From NCBI GenBank assembly GCA_051531975.1, contig JAOPTT010000006.1, forward strand, positions 128,656-192,655: a DNA stretch of 64,000 nt. The letters are read 5' to 3'. The position numbers and the translations under genes are program-made. This stretch comes from Spirochaetaceae bacterium (GTDB taxonomy: Bacteria; Spirochaetota; Spirochaetia; DSM-2461). Below are positions 21,138 through 32,930 of the stretch, one piece after another. The stretch's first letter is position 1, and each line of letters opens with the position of its first letter. The notes below the pieces were generated by a model, which saw only the letters and a list, made by a program, of their open reading frames with translations, was not told where the DNA came from and searched no databases.

Positions 21138-21982
21138 TTTTTAGACTCCTTTATTATTTTAATCCATTCTTTATTAGATTCTGGTATAAATTTTAGTAGA
21201 AAACCACCCTTGTGGGAGAATAGTGTATTGTTTACTTCTGCTTTAGTAAAATCGACTTCATCATCACCTTTAAAAGTTCTATATAAAGTTCTTATATTAT
21301 TATCATCTTTATCAAATCCATAAATAACATGTATATTATGTAATTCTACAGTTTCTGCATCAACTGATTTAATAGCATTTGAAAGTTCAACAGGTGGAGG
21401 GTTGTTATATACTAGAATGTTAACACCATCAATTTCAAATATTGTACTATGTTCTTCTGTTTTTAGCCAAGATTCAGCTTTTATCTTTTCTTTTTCAAAT
21501 TCAATAATTGATTTAATACCATTTAGAAAAATTGAAGTAATTAGTATTGGTTGTTGTTCAAATTCTCTAAGGAGCAATTTTTGTGGGAAACTAAAATAAT
21601 TTATTGATTCACTATTAAATTTAAAGTCATCTAATGAGTTAGGTCCTCTTGTATCAACAGCTGATACTAATTTTATATATTCATGTAAACTACTGTTTTC
21701 TAAATGAGGGAAATAATGATCAAAGATTAAAATAGCTGCACAACCTAAGTCTTTAGATTGATGATGATCAAATTTAAAATTTTCAGGCTCTAAAAGAAGG
21801 CCACAGTCAACTAAATAATGGTCTATAGAATTATCTCTTGAATCATAACATTCTATCGCTTTATCAGTTTCAACTCTTATTATCTCTGTAGGCATTTCAT
21901 CCCTGTGAATTGCTATTAGTGTTATTCCAATTAGTTCATCCATATGTGCTTTGCCACTATGGGTTATTATATTATATGCCAA
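21134..21982 (-). CDS. MYG1/DHH-like hydrolase
   Basis: ITHSGKAHMDE, FDHHQ, FSHKGGF. Confidence 0.7.
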   Translation of the reverse strand: MAYNIITHSGKAHMDELIGITLIAIHRDEMPTEIIRVETDKAIECYDSRDNSIDHYLVDCGLLLEPENFKFDHHQSKDLGCAAILIFDHYFPHLENSSLHEYIKLVSAVDTRGPNSLDDFKFNSESINYFSFPQKLLLREFEQQPILITSIFLNGIKSIIEFEKEKIKAESWLKTEEHSTIFEIDGVNILVYNNPPPVELSNAIKSVDAETVELHNIHVIYGFDKDDNNIRTLYRTFKGDDEVDFTKAEVNNTLFSHKGGFLLKFIPESNKEWIKIIKESKK

Positions 21983-22069
21983 AATATACCTCTATTTAAA
22001 TTATATGTATCTTTAAGATAAATGTGAATCCTTAAATAATATTTAACTATATATCTTTTAGGAGTAGTT

Positions 22070-23584
22070 ATGAATATATATAGTTATTCATCCTCAGGTT
22101 ATGACGGTGATTTAGTGCAGATCGAAGTAAATATTTTTAACCGGTCACTGCCTGGGATAGATATTGTTGGGTTACCAGGTGGTGCTGTTAGAGAATCAAA
22201 AGTACGGTTTAGGTCAGCAATTATTAATTCTGGTTATGAATTTCCCAAAGGCAGAGTAATTATTAATATGGCTCCAGCAGGGGAGAGAAAAGAGGGCGCT
22301 TGTTTTGATCTTCCTTTTGCATGCAAAGTTATTTCATTCAATTTAAAACAACATGAAAACACAGATTTTTTAGTTTTAGGTGAATTAACCTTAGATGGTA
22401 AAGTAAGGAAAGTAAAAGGTATTTTGGCTGCTGTTTCGAAAGCTTTTGACCATGGGATATGTAATTTTATAATTCCAAAAGAGAACTGTGATGAGGCTCT
22501 TCTATTAGAAAAAGGAAATGTATTTCCAGTTGAATCCTTAGTGGATGCATATAATGTAATATTAGGTAATATTAGTCCATTTGTTACCTCTAACCTAATA
22601 AATATAGAAGATAATACAATAAATGACTTTAGTGATGTCATGGGTCAAGAAGGTGTAAAAAGAGCATTGCAAATAGCTGTTAGTGGTGGTCATAATATAT
22701 TACTATTTGGGCCTCCAGGAGTTGGGAAAAGTCTTAGCGTCTCATGTTTAGATTCAATAATTCCAGACCTATTAAAAGAGGAATCCTTAGAAACAACAAG
22801 AATATGGTCCCTAGCAGGAAGACTAGAAAATGAATCAGTATTTATTAGAAAACCTCCAATAAGAAAACCACACCATGGAGCATCTTTAGAAGGTTTAGTA
22901 GGTGGAGGAAAACATCATCAGCCAGGTGAGATATCATTAGCTCATAACGGTTACCTGTTCCTAGATGAAATAGCAGAGTTTAAAACTTCCATAATTCAAA
23001 GTCTAAGACAACCTATGGAGGAGAGAAGGGTGTCTTTAAATAGAGCAACAGTATCAACTTGGTACCCTGCAAACTTCAGGTTAATAGCAACAGCAAACCC
23101 ATGTCCATGTGCAAACCTAGGTAAAGAAGATGGTATCTGTATGTGCTCCGAGAAAGAGATTAGACGTTACTGGAAAAGAATGGGTGGAGCAATTATGGAT
23201 AGAATAGATATTAGAGTTCCTGTTACTCCTGTTTCAACTAAAGTAATGCTTGGAGAAAAAGGTGCTAATTCAAAGGATATAAAGATGAAGGTTGATATTG
23301 CTGTTAACAAACAAAGAGCACGATATAAAGACTCTTTAATCACCTGTAATGCAAGAATCCCATCAGGAGAAATTGATAAGTTTTGCTTTCTGTCTGAAGA
23401 GTTAAAACAGATGTTTATAAAAGGTGTTAACTCACTATCTTTATCATCAAGAGGCTGCCACTCTGTACTTAAAATATCTAGAACTATTGCTGATTTAGAA
23501 AGGTCAGAAAACATAACAGAAAAACATATAATGGAAGCATTTACTTATAGAAGGTATGGGGATGAGGATTATTATTTTAATTAA
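22070..23584 (+). CDS. comM: ComM / YifB family Mg-chelatase-like AAA+ ATPase (intact)
   Basis: IVGLP...[45 protein letters not shown]...LKISRTIADL. Confidence 0.95.
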   Translation: MNIYSYSSSGYDGDLVQIEVNIFNRSLPGIDIVGLPGGAVRESKVRFRSAIINSGYEFPKGRVIINMAPAGERKEGACFDLPFACKVISFNLKQHENTDFLVLGELTLDGKVRKVKGILAAVSKAFDHGICNFIIPKENCDEALLLEKGNVFPVESLVDAYNVILGNISPFVTSNLINIEDNTINDFSDVMGQEGVKRALQIAVSGGHNILLFGPPGVGKSLSVSCLDSIIPDLLKEESLETTRIWSLAGRLENESVFIRKPPIRKPHHGASLEGLVGGGKHHQPGEISLAHNGYLFLDEIAEFKTSIIQSLRQPMEERRVSLNRATVSTWYPANFRLIATANPCPCANLGKEDGICMCSEKEIRRYWKRMGGAIMDRIDIRVPVTPVSTKVMLGEKGANSKDIKMKVDIAVNKQRARYKDSLITCNARIPSGEIDKFCFLSEELKQMFIKGVNSLSLSSRGCHSVLKISRTIADLERSENITEKHIMEAFTYRRYGDEDYYFN

Positions 23585-23679
23585 ATTTGAAACTTGTTTT
23601 GTAAGTTGTATAATTTTTTGATTAATGAAATATTTCTATATTAAAATTTCTAGTGAATTAGGGGAATTCCAAAGGGCAG

Positions 23680-23898
23680 CTTTTTGTTCTTGTCATTGAA
23701 ATAACTTTTATATTTCTGATTTTCTTGTCAGATTAAAGCAATCCTTGGAATAATTGGTTTCCAGTTGATAAGATAAAAAAGAGTGAACTCGATTAGATAA
23801 AATAGTGATTTAAGAAGTAGCATATTTATAGAATCGGCATATTACAATATCTGTGGAATTACTGAAATACTTTTTGGCGGTAATTTATTGTCAGTACG
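23680..23898 (-). mobile_element. Degenerate copy of the 5' end of the IS-like element at 24457-25570
   Basis: Aligns by eye to about 25349-25570 (agaagtagcatatt.atagaatcggcatatta...gaaata.ttttt...ggtaatt). Confidence 0.75.
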
Positions 23899-23982
23899 CC
23901 AACCACATTATCTGTCTATAGAAATCTTTCATCATTTCAAATTTTTAGTGAAGTCTTTTTACACTATAAATAGTAATTTCGC

Positions 23983-24165
23983 CATTCCATATGCGCTAAT
24001 TGAATTCAGTATCCCTGAATCACTAGTAAAAAACCACTTTTAAATCTGATATTTTTGATCTTTAGTCAGTCCTGTATGATAATAGACTATATCATCCCGT
24101 CCGGTTCTATTAACAAGGAAATTATTGGTTAGCTTTGTACTTACTCTACAGCAGTGGAAAATTAT
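23983..24165 (-). pseudogene. Fragment of a RecQ-like helicase C-terminal domain
   Basis: Manual translation IIFHCCRVSTKLT...DDIVYYHTGLTKDQKYQI*KWFFTSDSGILNSISAYGM resembles RecQ YHAGL...ATxAxGMG; internal stop. Confidence 0.6.
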
Positions 24166-24456
24166 AGAATGAGTTCGAACCCTATTTATCACACTTAACA
24201 GTGCCTCCTGTTTGTTTTATTTATTGCAGGCATTACAGAGTAAAAAATATTAGTTCTATACCCGTAGTAACAATTTAATAAGGTAAAACTAATTCAGATT
24301 AAAAATACTGTATCTTGATGGTATTTCTGGATTTAAAGAAAATTGAGTCGTTAATTTATCTGCATATCTATTGACGATATCCGTTAAATTGAAGATTCCT
24401 ACAAATATTTGAAAACATTTATCCCATGGTTAATGTAGAAATATTACCATATAAAC

Positions 24457-25570
24457 TCAGCTGGCTCTGTAATAATGATTGTGCAATCCGTAGAGGACCG
24501 GCTTCTTCTTCACTTTACCGGAGATATCAGGAGGTCTACCTTCTGGGATTGCTCCAAGACCTTGATGTGGGCGATATTGATTATAATATTCCATGTAGGA
24601 ATTTATGATATTCCTCAACTGCTTCTTTGAGAAGATGATAAACCAAACTAAACATTCCTGTCTTACAGATCTGAAAAATATCTCGGCATATGCATTGAGA
24701 TTGGGAGAGTAGGGAGTGGTTGCAACTCCATTGATTTCGTATACCTTATATGGGAAGTGTTTAAGTTCACCAGAGTTATCATGAATCAAATATGAGTAAG
24801 GATAAAGCTCTTCAAAATAAGAAAACTGACTTCTCAGGAACTTTATATTCGGATTCCGGGTGATATTATAATGAACAATATTCCTGCTCTTGAGTTCTAT
24901 AATGAAGAAGACATAGAATCTTTTAAACCCAAAGATATCAACAGTAAAGAAGTCACAAGCGAATATAGAGTGCCAATGAGATTTAAAAAAACCTGCTACA
25001 TGAATAATTGGGATTGATGTCTCCAGATTTACGGAAATCCTGAATGACTTTCCTGATTGTCTCTCTGGATATATCGATAGAAATCTTCTCTAACTCATCT
25101 TGGATGCGCATACAGCCCCAAAGATAGTTTTCAATCTTTAATTTATTAATGAGGAGTTTCATTGCTTTTGAAATAGGAGGTCTGCCGCTTTTTCTGGTTT
25201 TAGGTTTATTATAAGTCCAGTAATCTTTGATAGTTTTTTTCATTTGTAAAGAATTGTCTCTTGAGTTACAAGTGTGAATGTTCTTGTTTTTGGATTGCTG
25301 ATGAACATTGAACGGACAAACCATTTCTCTTGAATGGAGAAGGTGAGATTTATGTTCTTCTCATCAAAGTACCGTTTATATCTCTGGTTCTCTTGCCAGA
25401 TTAGAGAAATTTTAGGAATAATAGATTTTCTGTTGATGATGTAGAAGATGGAGAATTCAAGTAGTTGAAGCAATGATTTTAGAAGTAGCATATTCATAGA
25501 ATCGGCATATTAAAAGGGGGTCTGTGAAATTGTTGAAATATTTTTTGTCGGTAATTAGTTGGTAGAACGG
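24457..25570 (-). mobile_element. Frameshifted integrase-core (rve/DDE) transposase pseudogene with its 5' end
   Basis: Three ORF pieces: GRPPIS...ENYLWG..RIQDEL, then ACDFFTVD..KRFYVFFIIEL in the gap, then HDNSG..SPNLNAYAE..YYNQYRPHQGL; at least two frameshifts, one at a T7 run near 24985. Confidence 0.88.
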
Positions 25571-25796
25571 GAGTAGTACGTGAAAATCTAAAAAGCCATA
25601 GCACGGGCTTAATGCCTATATCAGTAATAAAAATTTATACTTCTTATTGTGGATGTATTTTCTTCTTATCCACTGTAAGTTTTTTTGGGATTAGTATTCT
25701 CTATTGACATCAATAATAATAAAACCTATCATTTTGGTAGGAATTAAAATATCTATTTTAGTAGGAATTGAAATATCTATTTTATAAGGAGCTTGT

Positions 25797-26315
25797 ATGA
25801 AAGTAAAGTATATGATTATTGTACCATTTCTTCTGTTTTTTCTTTTTGGATGTGACTTCTTAGGGTTAAATGAAGGTGATGATGGAACACCCATTACACC
25901 TTATAATGCCCTAGCAGGGCAATGGACGAGAACAGAGTTAATCGATGAAGTTGGGGATGATTTTGGCAAATATTGGTATGAGACTTACCAGTTTGAGGCT
26001 GATAGTATGCTTCAACTGAGTGGGATTTGTGATGATGCTGACTGCACTACTGGTGTCGTTCCAGATCCAAGCTCATCTCAATCTGTAACATATGGTGGAA
26101 CAGTAACTTCAACAGAAGGCCTCTCAGTCTATGAGGTCGATTTTGAGAACAGTGAAGGTGGTGAGTTTTATACTATAATCCATGTTGATTCTAGTGTGGA
26201 TCCACATGTTCTCACATTTGGTGATTCTGATGCAGATTCGGATTATGATGGTTCAACTGCTCTTAAACGTGTGCAAGGGCTAGGATCTAACCCGGAAACT
26301 TTTAGCAGACCATAG
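25797..26315 (+). CDS. Hypothetical acidic lipoprotein
   Basis: AAGGAG RBS, lipobox LFGC, L.G.W motif. Confidence 0.75.
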   Translation: MKVKYMIIVPFLLFFLFGCDFLGLNEGDDGTPITPYNALAGQWTRTELIDEVGDDFGKYWYETYQFEADSMLQLSGICDDADCTTGVVPDPSSSQSVTYGGTVTSTEGLSVYEVDFENSEGGEFYTIIHVDSSVDPHVLTFGDSDADSDYDGSTALKRVQGLGSNPETFSRP

Positions 26316-26320
26316 TAGGC

Positions 26321-26357
26321 TTTAATTTCTTCAGATTTAGTTTCTGAAGAAATTAAA
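26321..26357 (+). terminator. Hairpin terminator after the lipoprotein gene
   Basis: Perfect 15-bp stem tttaatttcttcaga / tctgaagaaattaaa. Confidence 0.75.
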
Positions 26358-26787
26358 TTTTTATTACTGTAATGTTTAACATCATTGATTTCCATTATAT
26401 GGCTGAGTGCACAATTTTGTATTAATTAAGAAAGTTCTCATTAAAATAAATCATTAGTATATAATCTAGAAAAAGTTATAAAATTAGTTAAATATTCAAA
26501 TACTGATTCACTACTACAACCTAATACAATAATAACTATTACTACTTAAAAGTTTAAAATAGCAACTAAAGCTGCCCATAGTGAAAACTTAATATGACAA
26601 AAGTAAATCAGATAAAAATTGATGCAACTCAATTGATCTCATAAGCTTTAATAAATTTGAATCAGAAATAAATCAGACATATGTTGGTTATAACCAGTAA
26701 ATTAAAGCTTTCCAACAATATTTTAAAACACCTATCCTGAGGATAATGACGAAACATTTTAATATTAGATTAGCTGGATCTGAAATA

Positions 26788-26927
26788 ATGACGATGTATA
26801 AGAGGGTAAACTCAAGTAATTTAAGAAATTATTTTTGAAGTAGGATATTTATAGAATCGGCAAGTTAAAATGTCTCTAAAATTACTGAAATATTTTATGA
26901 CCGTAATTTATTGTCAGTTCGGGACTA
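26788..26927 (-). mobile_element. Third degenerate copy of the IS-like 5' end
   Basis: gaagtaggatatttatagaatcggcaagtta...attactgaaatatttt...taatttattgtcagttcggga matches the 23806-23898 and 25474-25571 copies. Confidence 0.75.
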
Positions 26928-27099
26928 CCTGGTTTTCTGTTTTATACTATTATATATGTTTTGGGTTGAACTGAATTAGAGTTTTAATATAGATTTATAC
27001 TTTACAAATAATGGCTTCTTTTATTACATCACATAAACCTTTATACAATCTATAATAATTCAAAATGTTGGAATATTCAAATCTGGCTTTATGTCTATT

Positions 27100-27437
27100 C
27101 AGTTGGGGGAATTCCACTATTGGGCAAGAGATTGGTGTTTATTATATTAGAATTGAATACCCGAAAGATTGATAAGTGGAGTTTAACTGAAAATCAAAAT
27201 AGGGAGTTCGTCAGACAACAAATAATTTATTTCGCATATGAATATAAGGAATCTAAAACTCTTATATATGATAAAGCTCCGTAATTTACATCAATCGACT
27301 ATTCTGATTATTGAATTACATGAGTAAATATTTCTCTCGCTTCACCGAACATGAATGCATTTGTAGAAATATTGAACGTAACTATTAGAAGAGAAGCTCT
27401 CGATCATTTTCTCCAGTTTTCTGAAAAGAAAGTTAGA
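27100..27437 (+). pseudogene. Decayed integrase-core transposase fragment (opposite orientation)
   Basis: Manual translation SPNMNAFVEILNVTIRREALDHFLQFSEKKVR, plus RLVFIILELNTRKI upstream; several stops. Confidence 0.75.
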
Positions 27438-27649
27438 TGTAAATCTATGATATATCACCTAAACCAGAAGAGATTCGTGACTATAAAAAATGGACTAAAG
27501 AGTTAATTAAAATCATGTTTAAAGATGATTATATTAAAGATATATTTTAATATTAGACACATTAATCGGGTGTCTTTTTTTTAAAACCATTTGATTTACA
27601 TAAAAAGACACAATATAATATATATATATATAAAGAAAACGAGGGGTTT

Positions 27650-27937
27650 ATGATGGAAGAAGTCAAATATGAAAACTGTGAAAACGGTTCTATTGAAAAA
27701 GAAATAACATATGTAGATGGTATAAAACATGGCCTTGCTAAATCATATCATCCATTGGGAACATTACGAAGTGTTGGAACATTCTATAATGGAGAACTTC
27801 ATGGTGTAAGTGTTGTATATCATCTCGATGGTACTACTCTTGCAGGTGTAAAAGTCTTTGAACATGGTAAAAGTGTTGGACCTACAACAGTATATGAAAA
27901 AGATGGTTCTCTAAGAACAATTGATAAAAAAGATTAA
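27650..27937 (+). CDS. MORN-variant / YwqK-like repeat protein
   Basis: Repeats ENGSIEKEITYVDGIKHG..SYHPLG..FYNGELHG; GAGG RBS. Confidence 0.8.
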   Translation: MMEEVKYENCENGSIEKEITYVDGIKHGLAKSYHPLGTLRSVGTFYNGELHGVSVVYHLDGTTLAGVKVFEHGKSVGPTTVYEKDGSLRTIDKKD

Positions 27938-27951
27938 ACATACAAATAAAC

Positions 27952-27979
27952 AGACATCTTACCAGGGTGTCTATTTTTT
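27952..27979 (+). terminator. Terminator after the MORN gene (similar hairpin upstream at 27555-27582)
   Basis: agacatc...gggtgtct plus T tract; upstream agacac...gtgtct plus T tract. Confidence 0.65.
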
Positions 27980-28283
27980 GTCCAAAATATATAAAAAACG
28001 TACTATAAAATCTCATTATTACTTTTTATTTACACAAGATAACTTTAGATAACAACAAGAAAGCATAGTTATTGAAAAGGTGATTGTTATGATTATTGAA
28101 GAGTATATGGTCTTGGGTTATTTTTTACATCTGCCATCAAAACATAGACTTTTTCTAATATACAGATATATAAATTATGTTCATATTCCTTCGCTCATTA
28201 CTTAATACAATATTCAAGATAATTTTCAATATGCTGTACCTACCACTTAATCCAATGATTTTGATTTATTAAATCTTTAATAA

Positions 28284-29189
28284 TTAGTGAAGGGCATAAT
28301 ATTCCATTTTTTGGTACTTCTATCATGAACAGCTAAAAGTTTATCAGTTTCATGTTTAGATTCAATAATTCCAGACCTCTTAAAAGAAGAATCTTTAGAA
28401 ACCACAAGAATATGGTATTTAGCAGGCAGACTAGAAAATGAGTCTGTGTTTATTAGAAAATCACCAATAAGAAAACCTCACCATGCAGCATCATTAGAAG
28501 GTTTAGTTGGTGGTGGTAAACATCATCAGCCAGGTGAAATATCTTTAGCACATAACTGTTACCTATTTTTAGATGAAATCACAAAGTTTAAATCTTCCAT
28601 AATTCAAAGTCTAAAATAACCTATGGAGGAGAGAAGGGTATCTTTAAATAGAGCCACAGTTTCAACTTGGTACCCTGCAAACTTCAGACTAATAGCAACA
28701 GCAAACCCATGCCCTTGTGCAAACTTAGGTAAAGAAGATGGTATCTGCTTGTGTTCCGAAAAGGAGATTAGACGTCATTGGAAACGAATGGGTGGAGCTA
28801 TAATGGATAGAATTGTTATTAGACTTCCTGTAACACCTGTTTTTACAAAAGTCATGATTGGGCAGAAAGGGGCAAATTCTAAGGATATAAAGGCGAAGGT
28901 TGATATTGCTGTTAACAGTCAAAGATCATGATATAAAGACTCTTTAATAACCTGGAATGCCATAATACCATCTGGTGAAATTGATAAGTTTTGTTATCTA
29001 TCTGAAGAATTAAAACAGATGTTTATTAAAGGTGTTAATTCACTATCCTTATCATCTAGAGGTTGCCACTCAGTACTTAAATGTAGAACCATAGCTGATT
29101 TAGATGAATCCATAAACATAACATAAAAACATATATTAGAGGCATTTACATATAGAAGGTATGGAGATGAGGATTATTATTTTAATTAG
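28284..29189 (+). pseudogene. comM: comM 3'-half copy 1 (matches comM about 22680-23584)
   Basis: Collinear from the GHNIL motif to YRRYGDEDYYFN*; Walker A scrambled; several in-frame stops. Confidence 0.95.
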
Positions 29190-29382
29190 AATAAGTCTTA
29201 TCAGTTTAATAAAAGATACTAATAAGCCAGAATAGTTAAAATAATAAAGTTTACTAAATGAGTTACGTAACATTCTATTATTTAATAATCTTGATGAGTA
29301 AATGGATAAGTTTGTTAAACATATATATTTGTTTTACAATTAAATTAAATATCATTAATATGTATAAATTAGGTGGTGTCTA

Positions 29383-30360
29383 ATGAATGTTAATAATAGA
29401 ATTAACATGTATTTTGTTACATTTCTTATAGTATTTTTCTTAATTGGATGTGTTGGAACTCCTTCTGTTGAAAAAGAACAAAGGCTTGCTTTTAATGGTT
29501 CTACTATAAATAATAGATTAACATTAGAGGGTAAAAGCATTACTTTACCCGAGGATTGGTCTTTTGTTCATAATATAGATAAAGAGGGGACTCTATTTAA
29601 TTTTCGTTCACCTGAAGGTATCGAGGGAGGACTTGAATATATCTCTTTTGATTATGAAATAGATATTGAAGAGCTAAATGACTTTTACAAAGACTTTGTA
29701 TTTCAATCTGATGAAAGAATTCATGTTAGTAAAATTGAACATGATAAATTGGGTAGTGTTACTAGCTTTACGGGTATTGCTAATAATCGAAATATTTATA
29801 CTCTTTTATTAAGTGAAGGAAGCAATGTTACTTTTATATATTTCTCTAGTTCCGAAGACTTTCCTATAACAACTCAAGAAATATCAATAATCCTAGATAC
29901 ATATTCCATTGAAGATAGGAGTTGGATGTCCGTACGAGAAAAACCGGGTATGCCATTATTTTCCAGTGTTGATAATACCTGGATTTGGTATAATGATTTT
30001 AAAGATGGATTTTACATAGCTAAAGATATAGAAGATGCTTATGGAGATATTATTGCTGGGATATGGTCGTTAACAACTTTAGAACTTGATGAACTTAAAA
30101 ACAGAGATGAATTTAATATACAACCCTTTACATATAACTTTACGATTCAAAATAAAGATATTCTTTGTACTGTTTATGGGCAAAAAAGTAGTTCTGATGA
30201 TTCTTCTTTGTATATCATCTTCGAACTAAACGGTACTACATATTGTCTTAATTTGATGCAGAATGTTATTGAAGCTGATATCAATCCTAGTACATTATTA
30301 GTAAAACTGAATATACAAGAACTATTTGACTATTATTTACTATTTTCTGAGGGTATATAA
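29383..30360 (+). CDS. Hypothetical lipoprotein
   Basis: Lipobox LIGC; 325-aa ORF; AGGTGG RBS. Confidence 0.75.
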   Translation: MNVNNRINMYFVTFLIVFFLIGCVGTPSVEKEQRLAFNGSTINNRLTLEGKSITLPEDWSFVHNIDKEGTLFNFRSPEGIEGGLEYISFDYEIDIEELNDFYKDFVFQSDERIHVSKIEHDKLGSVTSFTGIANNRNIYTLLLSEGSNVTFIYFSSSEDFPITTQEISIILDTYSIEDRSWMSVREKPGMPLFSSVDNTWIWYNDFKDGFYIAKDIEDAYGDIIAGIWSLTTLELDELKNRDEFNIQPFTYNFTIQNKDILCTVYGQKSSSDDSSLYIIFELNGTTYCLNLMQNVIEADINPSTLLVKLNIQELFDYYLLFSEGI

Positions 30361-30361
30361 A

Positions 30362-31951
30362 ATGAAAAAATTATTAGTTCTTATTACCTTTTATATATAT
30401 GTTTTTACTATTTTTTCAGAATCTAAACCTATAGTACAGATTGATCCTATAGTTAATATGTCAGAAGAAGATTGGTTAGAAGCTCTGTGCATTAAAACAG
30501 CCAATTCAGTTAGTTTAACGCTTAAACTACTGGGTAGGTTTGATGTTTCTATGGACATTCCAGATGAAATAGAACTGATAGATATAGATGTACTTAGAAT
30601 TAGAGCTGAAACAGAAGGTTATGATAATATCATTTTTGGATCCTGCTCTTTTATTGATGGTAACTATATAATATCCATGAACGCCTATGATAGAGCTTTA
30701 AATAAAATAACATACTCAAATTCAACAACAGTAGAATCTATTTTTGATACACTAGATGCAATTGATCAGATAATAGATAAGACTGTAGAAGGCTTTTCTG
30801 GAATACATGTTACATATGGAAGCCTTAAACTAATACCTCCTACTACAGGTGAACCTATTAGTTTTACAATCGATAATGTTGCTCTACCAACTGGTGTATT
30901 TACAATTGAGAAGATACCATCTGGTGTTCATCAGGTGGCTGTTACCCAAAATAGACCTTTGGGATTGCATGTCGCAACTCATGATATTGTTATAGACGAA
31001 AAAATTAATAATCAAATACCAATACCAATTACACTAATTACTAAAGAAGAATCTATTATATTTAATAATGCAGACAATAATCTAAGAAATGCAACATTAG
31101 AAGAAAATATTAATTCTACTTCAATATTTGAAGATATTAACATTCTCACATCGTCAACTTTTTTTAAAGAGTTCCGTCCAGACATAGTTTATAAATATGA
31201 GAAATGGAAATCCTTAATAAATGATATAAAGGATTATAGTAATCAAACAGATAAAAATATAAGAAAAAGAGGTTCAAATTCAATTTGGAATAAGCAGGCT
31301 AATCCTATTGTAGATAACATTGTCGTTAGTTTAACGTCTCAATTCGAAATTAAACCAGATAGAAAGTTACTAAAAAAAGTTAATAAGATACTACCTGATT
31401 TTAAGACTATAACTATTGATGGTAAGGCTGATGATTGGGAGGATGTTACTTCTGGTTACTTAGATCCTATTGGAGACTCCAATTTAACCTCGTTTAAATC
31501 AAAAAAAGGTAGTGATATTATTGAAGTAAAGTATGCGATAGATACAAAATATTTATATATAATGTTGCGGTCAGCAGATGAACAGTATATAAATCAAGGC
31601 TTAGTACATACTTTAGGACTTTATGGAAAAAAATCTACATATTATAACTATCACTTATACAGAGAAGACAATCTTTGGGTTGGAATATCAAACATCAATG
31701 AACGAGATTTTGTTTCGTGGGATACTATGGAAACAAAATTAAAGTTTAGGAAAGGTGAAATATTTGAAACAGCTATACATTTAAATACATTAATAGAATC
31801 TTCGGCTTTTAGTACTGAAATGAGATCATATATAGGTATGCACTTCGATAATATAAATGATAATAAATGGGAGCTAGTTGATGAAATAAATACGAAACAT
31901 AAAATAGTTTTTCCATTAGTTGAATTGTTAATAAAGAAAGAAAATAAATAA
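30362..31951 (+). CDS. Hypothetical secreted protein (TolB-N/PEGA-like region, possible carbohydrate-binding C-terminal domain)
   Basis: Signal peptide; ITIDGKADDWE...DPIGD motif. Confidence 0.65.
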   Translation: MKKLLVLITFYIYVFTIFSESKPIVQIDPIVNMSEEDWLEALCIKTANSVSLTLKLLGRFDVSMDIPDEIELIDIDVLRIRAETEGYDNIIFGSCSFIDGNYIISMNAYDRALNKITYSNSTTVESIFDTLDAIDQIIDKTVEGFSGIHVTYGSLKLIPPTTGEPISFTIDNVALPTGVFTIEKIPSGVHQVAVTQNRPLGLHVATHDIVIDEKINNQIPIPITLITKEESIIFNNADNNLRNATLEENINSTSIFEDINILTSSTFFKEFRPDIVYKYEKWKSLINDIKDYSNQTDKNIRKRGSNSIWNKQANPIVDNIVVSLTSQFEIKPDRKLLKKVNKILPDFKTITIDGKADDWEDVTSGYLDPIGDSNLTSFKSKKGSDIIEVKYAIDTKYLYIMLRSADEQYINQGLVHTLGLYGKKSTYYNYHLYREDNLWVGISNINERDFVSWDTMETKLKFRKGEIFETAIHLNTLIESSAFSTEMRSYIGMHFDNINDNKWELVDEINTKHKIVFPLVELLIKKENK

Positions 31952-31963
31952 TAGAAATATTTA

Positions 31964-31999
31964 GCATAATATTTTTGGTACTGATTATGTTAGAATTCA
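31964..31999 (+). repeat. Short remnant of the comM-copy 5' junction
   Basis: gcataatatttttggtactgattatgttagaattca versus cataatattcttattttggtacttctatcgtgtttagattca at 39182. Confidence 0.45.
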
Positions 32000-32297
32000 G
32001 TTTATATTTTCTATATATACAACTTTTAAATCAAATAAAGCTATAGTCAATTGATTTAATTTGTTGTTAAGTGGAATTCTAGAATATGATATATTTAATA
32101 CTATTAGAATTGAACATCCTATGCATTTCTATATTAAACTAACTCAATAATAGATATTAAACTAAGGATTACAACTTATGAAATTATCTCTGAGAATTTG
32201 ATTATGGAAATCTTTCACTTTTAGTTTCATAAGCAATATTAACTACAGGACAAATTAAAAATATTGTATAATACTATTTTTGTTCTATAATTTAATT

Positions 32298-32714
32298 ATG
32301 AAAAAAATATATGTCATATTATTAGTTTTTTTATTTTGTCAATTATGGGGGCAAGATTTTACAGGAACTTGGAAATCAGATACTTTTGAGTATAATTATA
32401 ATGGTGCTGATGATATTCTGTATACCGAAGTTATTTACACTGAAAGCACTTTTATCTCAACAAATTATTACTCAGAAAAAGAAGGTATTCAGTTTAAAAT
32501 CTGGGGTATTGTTGAGATTATTGATATAGATTCTTTAATATTAACAACTAATAAGTATATGGATCAAAAAACAGGTGAAGAAATATCCATAGAAAATGGT
32601 CAGGTTAGATATATAAATTATATAATTAAAGAAGATATTCTTACCTATGAAAAAAGAGATAAAAATCAAAATGAATTTGGTGATTTTTTTCTTGAATTTA
32701 AAAAATTAAAATAG
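32298..32714 (+). CDS. Hypothetical secreted lipocalin-like protein
   Basis: Signal peptide followed by DFTGTWKS motif. Confidence 0.65.
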   Translation: MKKIYVILLVFLFCQLWGQDFTGTWKSDTFEYNYNGADDILYTEVIYTESTFISTNYYSEKEGIQFKIWGIVEIIDIDSLILTTNKYMDQKTGEEISIENGQVRYINYIIKEDILTYEKRDKNQNEFGDFFLEFKKLK

Positions 32715-32760
32715 GTTAAAGATATAAAAACTTAAACTATAAATTGTTATTTACGGCATC

Positions 32761-32930
32761 ACCCACGACAGGTTTGGGACATTTTTAGTTTAGTAATATA
32801 TCCTTGTTCAACAAATGATGAAACGCCACTAATCATTTATCGATGTAATTTTATAATTGTGTAAATATATCTTAATTCTATAGAGAACATAATATCCTAT
32901 ATTTTGATACTCCTATCGACTACAGCTAAT
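32761..32930 (+). repeat. Leader plus comM-junction repeat unit (homologous to 39073-39210; leader part also at 60997-61080)
   Basis: CAGGTTTGGGACA at 32769 and 39085; acataatatcctatattttgatactcctatcgactacagctaat matches copy 1 at 33/44 nt. Confidence 0.75.

Noticed and set aside
28623..28931. Short ORFs 28623-28931 and 43982-44179 as independent genes
   Set aside because: They are stop-bounded pieces of comM pseudogene copies
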